64,000 nucleotides of DNA from an uncultured virus (IMG/VR IMGVR_UViG_3300018475_001996). Lineage: Duplodnaviria; Heunggongvirae; Uroviricota; Caudoviricetes. Below, piece after piece: positions 17,523 through 26,900 of the stretch (position 1 is the stretch's first letter; each line of letters begins with the position of its first letter). Where the stretch lies: positions 1-64,000 of IMG/VR virus record IMGVR_UViG_3300018475_001996. The stretch is one strand, 5' to 3'. Position numbers and translations under genes: made by a program. Below the pieces are notes generated by a model that was given only the letters and a program-made list of their open reading frames with translations, did no database searches and was not told the DNA's origin.

Positions 17523-17789
17523 TTAATTTTCCTCGATATGATTTGTCATTAGCTTTGCGTTATTGGATAGAATATTGTAGGCCGCAGATTTAACTGCCAT
17601 TGTAATTTTATACTGGTCCTTTTCGTCAACCTTTTTAGGGTCATAGTCTGAACGCAGCTGTTTACTCGAAAATTCAAGAAACAAAAACTTGTATTTTGTT
17701 TTGACGATATAAAAGTTAATAACCTGGGTATCGATAACCCTTATATCTTTCTTGAGAATCGTCGAAGTTTTCTCATATAGCCAAGACAT
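17523..17789 (-). CDS. hypothetical protein
   Basis: ORF in operon. Confidence 0.5.
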   Translation of the reverse strand: MSWLYEKTSTILKKDIRVIDTQVINFYIVKTKYKFLFLEFSSKQLRSDYDPKKVDEKDQYKITMAVKSAAYNILSNNAKLMTNHIEEN

Positions 17790-18463
17790 TATTCTACCAT
17801 ACCGTTATTGGGTGTTTCATCCTTAGTTACGATTTCTTCTTTATCAATTTCAAGCCAGTTATCAGGAGTTTCCTTATAAGTAACTTTCTTCGTAACATCA
17901 CCACAGCATTCAAGATAACCGAACGGTGTTTCTTGAACATGTTTCATGTTATCGACATAACGTTGAATATCTTCCTCAGGAAGTTCACCGACAGCATTTT
18001 CAAGAACGTACTTTCGCACGCAGTCACGACAAAGATTAGTAATCCAACCACCAGTAGTCCAAATGACTCGCTTACCGTCTTCAGTCCTCGGTTCTTTTCC
18101 GCATTCTGCACAGGTATACATAGAAAGGTCCATAGCGATACTTTCAAGGTGATCCCTGGTACTGAATGAAGTATAGATTCTTAAATTACCATATTTTTCT
18201 TTAATATCGGTAATATAGAATCTGGACTTTGTTTCATCATCCCAAGTGTCATAAAGCTTGAATAATCTCGGAAGATAACGATTCTTCCAAAGATCTTCCC
18301 AACCAGTATTATCCCAGATTTTATACTTGTTGTGCTCGATATTGTCCTTATCATTGTCATAAACATCGGTTGGATTCTGTGCCCAGAATTTACGATGTTT
18401 CAAGAACGGGTACTTCTTGAGAAGTTCCAACATCTTTTCGTCTGAAATAGGATATTTACTCAT
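17789..18463 (-). CDS. hypothetical Zn-binding phage protein
   Basis: IKEKYGNLRIY, CAECG and LCRDC motifs; likely start MSKYP. Confidence 0.6.
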   Translation of the reverse strand: MSKYPISDEKMLELLKKYPFLKHRKFWAQNPTDVYDNDKDNIEHNKYKIWDNTGWEDLWKNRYLPRLFKLYDTWDDETKSRFYITDIKEKYGNLRIYTSFSTRDHLESIAMDLSMYTCAECGKEPRTEDGKRVIWTTGGWITNLCRDCVRKYVLENAVGELPEEDIQRYVDNMKHVQETPFGYLECCGDVTKKVTYKETPDNWLEIDKEEIVTKDETPNNGMVE

Positions 18464-18508
18464 AAGATAAAATATAATAAAAAATAGGGTCGTTGCCAAC
18501 CCTAAATT

Positions 18509-18835
18509 TTATTCACTTGCAATTTCTGCAATTTTATCATGTAATTCTTCGAATGTTTTAAAATCGATTCGGTCAATTACACGCTTACAACCGTCACCCA
18601 AGTGGTCATGAATCATATAGAACATCGGCTTTTCCAAACCTATAACGAAACGGCGTTTAAACAAAACCATTTCGATACGGTCATCATCGGTTTTTTCTTC
18701 ATCATAAGAATTATAACCGAATGAATGCCTAAGTTCAAATGGTATACCAGCTTTAAAAAGCTCGTCAATCAAACCATGTACTTGGGTTTTAATCGGGTCT
18801 GTCCAATCAACAATCTTTAAAGACATATTAGTCAC
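18509..18835 (-). CDS. hypothetical protein
   Basis: ORF in operon. Confidence 0.5.
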   Translation of the reverse strand: MTNMSLKIVDWTDPIKTQVHGLIDELFKAGIPFELRHSFGYNSYDEEKTDDDRIEMVLFKRRFVIGLEKPMFYMIHDHLGDGCKRVIDRIDFKTFEELHDKIAEIASE

Positions 18836-19031
18836 CCAAAAGAACTATTCCGCCATCAGCATTGGTGAATGATACAACCTGACCGCCATGATGGTCCATA
18901 ATTACAGCATTAGTAATACCTTCAGCCGCAAGAAGTGCCATAATAACTTGATTATACTTACCCGCCTTTTCCTGTTCGATAGCCATCTTGAGAAGTGTGG
19001 TAATTAGAGAATGAAGTTTCTTTTCTTCCAT
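18828..19031 (-). CDS. hypothetical protein
   Basis: ORF with AAGGA RBS. Confidence 0.55.
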   Translation of the reverse strand: MEEKKLHSLITTLLKMAIEQEKAGKYNQVIMALLAAEGITNAVIMDHHGGQVVSFTNADGGIVLLGD

Positions 19032-19056
19032 AGTATGTTTCCTTTTTAAATTTTAA

Positions 19057-19410
19057 TGGACCCGTTGGGAGTCGAACCCAAGTCTTGAATAACTTCAATA
19101 TCCGTTCCTACAAGCTTTCCCTTCGAATTTACTTATTTGTCATACCTATGCCCTGAAGGTCGGCGTCGGTATAAACTAGCCTGTGATTTTCGGAAATAAT
19201 AGACAGACTTAACTATTTCCTAGCCCATTTGCGACTGGACTCTACACCCAACGGGCGAACGATATAGGTCCAGGGTTGCTATTGATTAAGCAGCCATTGC
19301 GTATGTATTAGCAATTATTGTTTTCAGACTTTTTAACGTGTGTTTTCCCTCGTCTGAGACCACGGCTTGCAACTAATATATTCATCACCCAATCGAAACC
19401 AGGCGAGCCC
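19057..19410 (-). ncRNA. ssrA: tmRNA; tag reading frame ANTYAMAA* (19286-19312)
   Basis: 5' GGGCTCG...TTTCGA, 3' GACTTGGGTTCGACTCCCAACGGGTCCA tRNA-like domain, ~354 nt, resume context ATAATT-GCT, tag ending in AA*. Confidence 0.93.
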
Positions 19411-19418
19411 AATAAATA

Positions 19419-20165
19419 CTAGATTCCGAAATGTTCCAGGAAGAAGTCCGGTCGTTTCGGGTCAAAATGATTGATGCGAATCATTTCGAGCTTAAACTTG
19501 TTCTTATTGTACATATTTATAATCTTATCATAGTTCGGACCATGAACACCCTTACGGATGAGTTCGTTAACTTCATGATAAGTAAAACCGAGCTTATCTT
19601 CGTCAGTAAGCGGCTGAAGACCGTCAATAGGAGTCTTATGAGTAAGTTCATACGGAAGACCGAGGTCATCGCCAATTTCGATAATTTCTTCGGTAGTCAA
19701 CATGTCAAGCGGTGCAAAAGAACCACAGGAATCACCCCAAAGTGTAGCATAACCGACAACGTTTTCGCTTCGGTTACAAGTATTGGCCATCAACCAACCA
19801 TTAGTCTGAGCGGTGACCATAATCTGATTAGTACGAATACGTGCACCAACATTGGTCTTGGCATCATAGGATTTGTCAGCACCGGGAACCAAAGCGAGAG
19901 ATTCCTTAACAAGCGTTTCAATATCTTGAACGTCAAAATCAATACCCAAATGGTCAACAAGCTTATAGGAATCAGAAATATCCTTCTGAATGCCGCACGG
20001 GAGCAAAATACCATGAACATGGTCCTTACCGAGTGCATGCCAGCCAATAGCCGCAGCTACAGAACTATCCTTACCACCAGAAACACCCAAAACCATATCG
20101 GTCATGCCGAGCTTGTCAAAGGTTTCCTTGGTCCACTTAACCACATTTTCTGTCAATTCTTTCAT
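19419..20165 (-). CDS. nadE: NH3-dependent NAD+ synthetase
   Basis: LGVSGGKDS, NVGARIR, NRSE..GYATLWGD and TDEDKLG motifs. Confidence 0.92.
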   Translation of the reverse strand: MKELTENVVKWTKETFDKLGMTDMVLGVSGGKDSSVAAAIGWHALGKDHVHGILLPCGIQKDISDSYKLVDHLGIDFDVQDIETLVKESLALVPGADKSYDAKTNVGARIRTNQIMVTAQTNGWLMANTCNRSENVVGYATLWGDSCGSFAPLDMLTTEEIIEIGDDLGLPYELTHKTPIDGLQPLTDEDKLGFTYHEVNELIRKGVHGPNYDKIINMYNKNKFKLEMIRINHFDPKRPDFFLEHFGI

Positions 20166-20437
20166 AAATTTTCCTTATAGAATTAATTTTGTCTTTTACG
20201 TTGTTAAAGATAGAAAATTATCCTATAGTGAAATGTAAAATTATTTTTTGCATTCGTTCTTTGGCTGTTCAAACCAACGGATATTCCAGAGTTGTTTTCT
20301 CAGGTCCGCCAGCGTGTTTCTTTCCTTAACAATTACACCTCCAACTAGTGTAACCCCCAAAACAGCCAGAATTGCCTTAATTAACTTATTCATTTTATTT
20401 TCCTCATAAAATTCTGGCTACAATATAGAAAAATATT

Positions 20438-20959
20438 TTACTTTTGTAAACTGTTCACTGACAAAAAATTCGTGAATTTATCAGCCAAAATTCCAGCATC
20501 GCTTCTTTGGTTAAGTTTTTCCAGAAGTGTCATTTCTTCCGGTTTCTTTTCCTTATCCTTGGATTTTTTTGTTTTCGGCTTATCATCATCGACAGTAAGC
20601 ATAAACGGCTGTTCTTTTTTACGTTCATGCTCCATATACCCGTTAATCATATTGATACGGGCATTAATATCCGCAATTTTTTGTCTAGTTTCTTCAATAC
20701 GGTCGTCAAGTTCAGCCATACGACGAGTATTTTCCTTGACACGCTTAGCACGACGATAATTGCAATTACTAGCGAATTCGTTAAAATGCTTATCAACCGT
20801 TTCTTCAATCTTATCTAATTCATCGCCATACTTGTTTTCAAATGCTGCATCGTAATAATCTTTACAGCAATCGAGAAAAAACTTGTCATGTTCGTCTTCT
20901 TCGTCATCAAGATGAAAACCATTTTTTTCGAAAATATCCTTTACGTCATATAGAAACAT
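20438..20959 (-). CDS. hypothetical coiled-coil protein
   Basis: ORF in operon. Confidence 0.55.
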   Translation of the reverse strand: MFLYDVKDIFEKNGFHLDDEEDEHDKFFLDCCKDYYDAAFENKYGDELDKIEETVDKHFNEFASNCNYRRAKRVKENTRRMAELDDRIEETRQKIADINARINMINGYMEHERKKEQPFMLTVDDDKPKTKKSKDKEKKPEEMTLLEKLNQRSDAGILADKFTNFLSVNSLQK

Positions 20960-21487
20960 TTAATCCCCCGGCAAGGTTTCAAGCAGTCTTTCCATCTGTA
21001 AATCACCCAGAATAATTTCTGGAGTTTTTCCGGCCTTTACCTTATTGATAACTTGGAAAAACTTGGTAATAAATCTGGTTTTAAAATCATTGATATAAGT
21101 AGTACCGATATTTCCGCCAATAACTTCAAGTTCTTTTTGACGGTCTTTAGAAAATATAGAAATTTTAAAATTACTGCCGACATCAAATACAAGGTTTACA
21201 GCATATTCATGTGTTTCATATACACGATACATACCACGTCTAACAAGTTCTTTGTATTTAATGTTGAACGAATCAAAAATCTTCATAAATTCGTCAACAC
21301 TCTTTTCATATTGGCGTCGAAGTTCTTCACGTTCTGCTGCCCAACGTTCCATCATAGCAGTAGCCGAATTTTTACTAGCAAAATTAGCAAGGTCACCTAC
21401 GAGCGTCATATCTGGACCACCCCAAATAGTTGCAGCATAGGTTTTCTGAAAACGTTGTTCGAACTTTGTCTTTTTATTGTTAAGCAT
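20960..21487 (-). CDS. hypothetical protein
   Basis: ORF directly after a promoter. Confidence 0.55.
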   Translation of the reverse strand: MLNNKKTKFEQRFQKTYAATIWGGPDMTLVGDLANFASKNSATAMMERWAAEREELRRQYEKSVDEFMKIFDSFNIKYKELVRRGMYRVYETHEYAVNLVFDVGSNFKISIFSKDRQKELEVIGGNIGTTYINDFKTRFITKFFQVINKVKAGKTPEIILGDLQMERLLETLPGD

Positions 21488-21531
21488 AATACAAATATAA
21501 GTAAAAGGTTGACTTTCGTCAACCTGTTATT

Positions 21532-21840
21532 TTAAAGGGTCTTATCAATCATTGCTTCAAGCAAATAGTTATCCATGATTGACTTTGCATGACCAAAATT
21601 TCTAGCTTTCATAAACATTTCAAAAAATTCATGTCTATTTGGCATAGTCAAATTGTCAGTATTTAAAAAATACTTAGAATGTGCAATAATCGTCATGTCG
21701 TCAACATTTGATAGGTAATAATAATCATTATTAGTATCAGAATATGTTATTTTCATATCGTTTTTCGTATAGACGATATAACTGTAATCAGGCAAGCGTG
21801 ACCAGCCATTAGCTTGTAGTTTTCTTCCAAGTTTTGACAT
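21532..21840 (-). CDS. hypothetical protein
   Basis: ORF in operon. Confidence 0.5.
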   Translation of the reverse strand: MSKLGRKLQANGWSRLPDYSYIVYTKNDMKITYSDTNNDYYYLSNVDDMTIIAHSKYFLNTDNLTMPNRHEFFEMFMKARNFGHAKSIMDNYLLEAMIDKTL

Positions 21841-21845
21841 TTTTC

Positions 21846-22988
21846 TTACCCGTTAAGATCCGCCTTATCAAACGTATGATAGTTTTCAAACAGATTCTTG
21901 AATTCGTTTACTCTGTCCATTTCATCGCAGTGTGTAATTTCCAGAACCTGATTTGTAATACCAGGCATAGAAGCGAGACTGAAATCCTTATCGATACGCT
22001 TCTTGAGGTCCTTGATGTCAAGGAAACCGTATTTAAATTCGCCTTGGAACTTATTCCTGTGATTCATCAAATCGTCCTGAATATCGCCAGAAATATTCTT
22101 ACGGTTAACTTCGTCAAATCTTCCTGCACCGTGGCGGGTCAAATACGGACGAGTAACATAATGAATAGTCAAATCGTCAACGAAATACAAATCCTGTTTA
22201 GAAACAGACTGAATACCTGTAATCGAAGGAGTCGTGTGAACATTCTTGGGGTCGTCGTTAAGCAACAATCCCTGTCCGTTTTCAAAAATGTATTCGTCAT
22301 ATCCGGACGGAATATTGGAAACGATTTTGACATGATTAAGCATGAACGTGGCATCTTGAATAAAATGCGAAAGCAATCCGTCGCTTTCCCAAATTTCTCG
22401 TTCAAGCTTACTCATTTCATATTTGGCTGTAATACCGACATTCGTATAAGAATCGAAATACTTGGTATTGTAGTAACTACGGATATACTTCAAATATGTC
22501 TTTTGGTTTGTCGGAAAATTGCGAGCGAAATCGGCAAAATCCATAATGACACTATCGCTATATCTTGCAATCGTTTCCCAAATACCCATACCGCAAGAAC
22601 CGTGTTCCTGATGATACTTCTGACGATTCTCTTCAATAATCTGGTTTGCCATCATATCGAACGGAGTCGTCCAACGGCAATCCTTATGCATGTATATATT
22701 GCACATAGGCAGCTTCTGGGCCAGCTTTGCATATTCCTTGACGAATTGCATGGGGTTGACAATAAAGTCCTTAGAGAAGTATATATCAGCCCCAAAACAC
22801 ATGCCAGAACCGAAGTGCTTGAACGTAAATACTTCACCGTCCTTCACGACGGTATGACCACGTTGAGGACCGCCGTTTGTAAGAACATTCAGAACCTTAC
22901 CGGTTGCGTTCTTTGCATAATGGGCTACAACGGTACCTTTACCTTCGTCACCCCAGTTGGATCCAATAATGATTCTTCCCTTAGCCAT
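21846..22988 (-). CDS. purA: adenylosuccinate synthetase (PurA-like)
   Basis: GSNWGDEGKG, GGPQRGHTV, HGSCGMGI, ENGQGLLL and TRPYLTRHGAG motifs. Confidence 0.88.
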   Translation of the reverse strand: MAKGRIIIGSNWGDEGKGTVVAHYAKNATGKVLNVLTNGGPQRGHTVVKDGEVFTFKHFGSGMCFGADIYFSKDFIVNPMQFVKEYAKLAQKLPMCNIYMHKDCRWTTPFDMMANQIIEENRQKYHQEHGSCGMGIWETIARYSDSVIMDFADFARNFPTNQKTYLKYIRSYYNTKYFDSYTNVGITAKYEMSKLEREIWESDGLLSHFIQDATFMLNHVKIVSNIPSGYDEYIFENGQGLLLNDDPKNVHTTPSITGIQSVSKQDLYFVDDLTIHYVTRPYLTRHGAGRFDEVNRKNISGDIQDDLMNHRNKFQGEFKYGFLDIKDLKKRIDKDFSLASMPGITNQVLEITHCDEMDRVNEFKNLFENYHTFDKADLNG

Positions 22989-23376
22989 CTAAACCTTCCG
23001 TGGTTAAAATTAGTTCAAGATAATTAATAGCGATTTTAATCTGGTCAACTGATAATTTATCGTCCCAGACATCTTTATCCACTTTAAACACCTTTCCGTT
23101 AATAACAAGACAATTCGGTTTGTCATAGAACGGAAGGAATGAAAAAGTATGAAATTGAGGATTGGTTTTTAAATGCGACAAATAACCAATAGTCCATTCA
23201 GCACCGTCGAGTTTGCTGTATACGACATATTCCATTCGCTTAAGTTTCTTTTTGGTTTCCCAAATGCCGACAACGATATTTGCACGAGCACGATTTATAA
23301 ACACTTCCGGGTTTTCTTTAAACTCTTTAAGTGCGGCCATATGTTCCTCATTGTCCTCAGGGTCAAAATGTTTCAT
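22981..23376 (-). CDS. hypothetical protein
   Basis: ORF directly after a promoter. Confidence 0.5.
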   Translation of the reverse strand: MKHFDPEDNEEHMAALKEFKENPEVFINRARANIVVGIWETKKKLKRMEYVVYSKLDGAEWTIGYLSHLKTNPQFHTFSFLPFYDKPNCLVINGKVFKVDKDVWDDKLSVDQIKIAINYLELILTTEGLDG

Positions 23377-23441
23377 GACTACAATATAAAAAATGGATTG
23401 ACTTTCGTCAACCCATTTTGCTCATTTTAAGGAAAGGAAAC

Positions 23442-23900
23442 TTACCTATAAGAATCTAACAGTCTTCGCCATGCTCCAGGATAATGATTCCAACCACATT
23501 CATCCGCATATTCATGGACACGTTCTCTGTAATTATCATCTAATTTTTCGTCGGCCATTAAACGTTCAAAGAATTCATCGGTTTCTTCTCTTCGTCTACG
23601 TTCGCGTTCAAGTTCTTCATGTTCTTCGCGATAATAACGATCCCAGTCGTCTTCTTCGTCTTCTTCATCTTCTTTGTCTAAACTAAAATGATCAGTTATA
23701 TAATCGCCAAGTGTTTTAGCTACTTTATGTTTAGCCCTTTCCTCAAGCTTTTTGGTTTCTTCTTCTAGTTCTTTTGGATCTGGCTTTTTCGAAACATCCC
23801 AGGAAATAACGTCATTATGATATTCCGGTGTTTCAATATTAAACTTATTTTCATCCGGCGGGCTTTCTACATCCCAGCGAATAACGAAATCATCAGTCAT
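23442..23900 (-). CDS. hypothetical acidic protein
   Basis: ORF with AGGAAGG RBS. Confidence 0.55.
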   Translation of the reverse strand: MTDDFVIRWDVESPPDENKFNIETPEYHNDVISWDVSKKPDPKELEEETKKLEERAKHKVAKTLGDYITDHFSLDKEDEEDEEDDWDRYYREEHEELERERRRREETDEFFERLMADEKLDDNYRERVHEYADECGWNHYPGAWRRLLDSYR

Positions 23901-23990
23901 ATTGCCTTCCTACGGTAAATTGGTTATTGAAAAAGGAATAAAAATGGTCTTCAAAATCGAAGACCATTTTTTATTATCCTCTAGGATTGA

Positions 23991-24887
23991 TTACCAAGTA
24001 ATCGCACCGTCTTTGGTGGTCTTAACGCCATTGTCTTCGTTAAGAACGTTAACACCGTTATTGCGGCCTTCGATCGATTCAGTGATGCAGGCTTCGATTA
24101 TGTTCGGCAAGGCCTGAATTGTAGCAACCTTTGCACGAGGACCGAGCAACTGACCGAAAGAATCTTCGATACGGCGCTTATAGCTGCTGTAGCTAGTAGC
24201 CCAATCATCCACAGAGATGTGGAAAATATCGAACTTCTTGGATGCTTCAGCATAGAGCTTCTTGGTATCAACATCGGCCTGAGCCTTTGCTTCTTCACCG
24301 AGGAAGTAAGCAACCTTATTGCGAGGAAGCGTCGGATTCAACGGTTCATCGCCCATAGTGATGATAATACCCTTCTTGCCCTGCTTATCGAAGCAATCAA
24401 GCTTGGTCTGGTTAAGACCGAACAGCCATGCAGCCGAATACGATTCGTAAGCGTTTCCGCCACCGCCATGTTCCATGTAAATCTTGTCGATTGCCTTAGC
24501 AATACGAACGTCAGATTCAAACTGAGAAACCTGAAGCGGTGCATTGTCGCATTCGAGGTCACCGATACCCATTACCATAAATTCGATGTCATCCTTCTTA
24601 TGTTCCTTCAAGAGGTTAACCATAATCGGACCGAGAGCTTCTGCGGTACGACGACAAGCATCGCCCATAGAACCGGTAACATCGAATGCAAGAATAACCG
24701 GCAAAGTATTCGGATGTTCTGTGCTATTCACACATTCACGGATGACGTTCTTCGGAGACATGGATTCATCCATGCGAGTTTCCTTGAACACCTGACCGCG
24801 AGTAACATAACCGCTACTATCTACTGCCTTTCCGACGCTACAGGAATAGCTACGGAAAGAGCTCATATCAAAACTTCCGCCACCCAT
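23991..24887 (-). CDS. von Willebrand factor A (vWA) domain protein
   Basis: MIDAS DVTGSMG, GGGGNAYESY and MGDEP motifs; AGGAGG RBS. Confidence 0.85.
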   Translation of the reverse strand: MGGGSFDMSSFRSYSCSVGKAVDSSGYVTRGQVFKETRMDESMSPKNVIRECVNSTEHPNTLPVILAFDVTGSMGDACRRTAEALGPIMVNLLKEHKKDDIEFMVMGIGDLECDNAPLQVSQFESDVRIAKAIDKIYMEHGGGGNAYESYSAAWLFGLNQTKLDCFDKQGKKGIIITMGDEPLNPTLPRNKVAYFLGEEAKAQADVDTKKLYAEASKKFDIFHISVDDWATSYSSYKRRIEDSFGQLLGPRAKVATIQALPNIIEACITESIEGRNNGVNVLNEDNGVKTTKDGAITW

Positions 24888-24902
24888 TGTGACACCTCCT
24901 TA

Positions 24903-25619
24903 TTACTTAGTTACCTTCTTGGTCTTCTTAGCCGGCTTCTTCGGCGTTTCATCTTCTTCTTCACCGGTTTCTGCATCAAGTTCAGCATCTTCATTTTCGA
25001 TGGTGTTCCAGGTTGCATCAGTATCGAAGTCAAGGTTGAACATGTTGGTGAAGTCGAGGCCGTTACCAGCACCACCGCCGAACATCTGCTGCATCATGAG
25101 CATCTGACCCATGCCGCCGAACATATCGCCGCCGTTGCCGTTACCGTTGCCACCCATCATGCTCTTCATGATCATGAGCTGAATCATCTTGCCCATAAGG
25201 CCCTTACCCTTGAGGCCAGCGTTTCCAAAGAGGGAAACAATCTTGCCGTACCAGAAAGCGTTGCCGAGGAATACGTGACGTTCCGGAACGATTTCACGGA
25301 TTTCGCTGGTTTCGTAGTCGATGCACTTAATCGAACGGTCTTCGTCGCAAACACGGAGAACGCACTTCGGCTTGCCGTGGTCGAGAATGACGTCACCCGG
25401 CTGGACCTTGCTGGTCGGGAGGACGAAGAACATGTCAGAAGCTTCCATACAGAAGTTCGTGACGTTAGTCAAGCGCTTCTTCGCCATGTTGTAAGTCTTG
25501 TAACCATTGCTGGTCTTGATGGCAATGCCACCGCTCATCGAAAGGGCGCAAAGACCCTTGTCGATCTTGCCGAACATACCCTTGAATGTGTTACCCATGT
25601 TGAAATCGAAATTGAACAT
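24903..25619 (-). CDS. hypothetical protein with Met/Gly-rich C-terminal region
   Basis: Strong RBS, biased codon use, adjacent to the vWA gene. Confidence 0.7.
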   Translation of the reverse strand: MFNFDFNMGNTFKGMFGKIDKGLCALSMSGGIAIKTSNGYKTYNMAKKRLTNVTNFCMEASDMFFVLPTSKVQPGDVILDHGKPKCVLRVCDEDRSIKCIDYETSEIREIVPERHVFLGNAFWYGKIVSLFGNAGLKGKGLMGKMIQLMIMKSMMGGNGNGNGGDMFGGMGQMLMMQQMFGGGAGNGLDFTNMFNLDFDTDATWNTIENEDAELDAETGEEEDETPKKPAKKTKKVTK

Positions 25620-25666
25620 ATTGATTTTCCTTTTTTGTTTTATTGTTATTGTTTTTGTTTAGATTT

Positions 25667-25987
25667 TTACCATCTAATAACGTACTCTTCTGTTTCCTTA
25701 TCTTCAGGTTCATAAAGTTCCCAGAAGGTTTCGTTAGGCATCGCATAGAATTGACCGTTAATACCTTTAACGACCCAATCGCCTTCTATGGCTGTATGCT
25801 CGCCAGTAGTTGTCTTGATAGTTACTCTTATTTTATTATGGTTAAAGTAATCGAGCGTATAATCGGTTTCGATAAAACCTTCACCCCAGCCTAAAAGAAG
25901 AGGGAGAGTTTCTTGTGCAATTTTGACCGCTTCTACCGTAATTGGTTTCTTGCGGAATCGAGGAATTTTAACGTCTTGTGTTTCCAT
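25667..25987 (-). CDS. hypothetical phage protein (RKKP.VEA...GDW.VKG..G.FY family)
   Basis: Recognisable phage motif pattern. Confidence 0.65.
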   Translation of the reverse strand: METQDVKIPRFRKKPITVEAVKIAQETLPLLLGWGEGFIETDYTLDYFNHNKIRVTIKTTTGEHTAIEGDWVVKGINGQFYAMPNETFWELYEPEDKETEEYVIRW

Positions 25988-26011
25988 TTTTAATCTCTGT
26001 GGTAAATATAA

Positions 26012-26042
26012 TAAAAAAACCGCTTTTTGTAAGCGGCTTTTT
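26012..26042 (-). terminator. intrinsic terminator (third attenuator), overlapping a promoter
   Basis: AAAAAGCCGCTT-ACAAA-AAGCGGTTTTTTT; also reads CTTACA-17-TATATT. Confidence 0.75.
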
Positions 26043-26080
26043 GTTAAAATTTTTTGTAAATTTTAATTAATGATATTTAA

Positions 26081-26152
26081 TCAAAATACGACAAAACAAG
26101 CCGCGATATGTGACTTGCTTGATGATGAAATGTCGTACTTGCGAATAATCAT
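26081..26152 (-). CDS. putative attenuator leader peptide MIIRKYDISSSSKSHIAACFVVF (Ser-rich)
   Basis: 23 codons after TATATATAAT and AGGT; GCGGCTT pairs with terminator arm AAGCCGC. Confidence 0.65.
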   Translation of the reverse strand: MIIRKYDISSSSKSHIAACFVVF

Positions 26153-26181
26153 TTTTGTTACCTATGCATTATATATAGGAA

Positions 26182-26892
26182 TTATTTTTTGGTTTTCGCT
26201 TTTCTGAACGAAGTTTTTCTGTCAAAACCATAAGCTTCCAGACGGGTAATGTCGTCGCCTACAGGTACGATAGCATCGTCAGGTCTAGCATGAGTATCAT
26301 ACCAATGTTCTAATTCCCATAATGCCATGTATGGATCTTTCGCCAGTTGGAATCGATAATCCTTCAGGCATGGCCAGGAAACAAAATTATAGTTACGCTG
26401 CCTATGCGGAAGTTCATTATATTTGGTCAGATTACGATAATCATCCAAATATAATACAGGACCGAACTTTTCAAATAACTCATAATTCCAGAATTTTACA
26501 TCATCTGGATTTTTGTAATTGATATTACGGTCTTCTTTATTGATTCCAAACAATTTGGCTAACGACAGTTCACGATTACTCTTTACGATTTCGTCGAATG
26601 TATAATATTGAATTGTCGAAGGATCCGGTATATGATAATAATCTCGTTCTTCAGTAAAGAAATACCACTTTCCGCAGAAACCAATCATATGAAGATACTT
26701 ATGGCCAAATGTCTTGCCATAACGTCCATCAAAGATATAGGCCAACTTACCGTCGAAATTTCCTAAGCTTTCAACTTCGCCAGAACGAATAAAATTATCT
26801 TTAGTATTACGATGAATTACAACTTCAGATTCGTTAAACGAACCTAACGTGCAATCATAATAATCTTGGAATTTAGAAAATAATCTGAGCAT
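26182..26892 (-). CDS. hypothetical phage protein
   Basis: SKFQDYYD, IGFCGK and YGFDRKTSFR motifs. Confidence 0.65.
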   Translation of the reverse strand: MLRLFSKFQDYYDCTLGSFNESEVVIHRNTKDNFIRSGEVESLGNFDGKLAYIFDGRYGKTFGHKYLHMIGFCGKWYFFTEERDYYHIPDPSTIQYYTFDEIVKSNRELSLAKLFGINKEDRNINYKNPDDVKFWNYELFEKFGPVLYLDDYRNLTKYNELPHRQRNYNFVSWPCLKDYRFQLAKDPYMALWELEHWYDTHARPDDAIVPVGDDITRLEAYGFDRKTSFRKAKTKK

Positions 26893-26900
26893 ATTAATCC

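Noticed and set aside
21846..22988. PurZ (Z-genome pathway)
   Set aside because: The motif is GDEGKG with the PurA Asp, not the Ser of PurZ; no datZ or mazZ recognised in the window.
24219..25715. Long plus-strand ORFs (498 aa here; also 21834-23027, 36203-37255, 14591-15430, 45482-46330, 19431-20180)
   Set aside because: Antisense shadows of well-supported minus-strand genes with biased codon use; no motifs or RBS.
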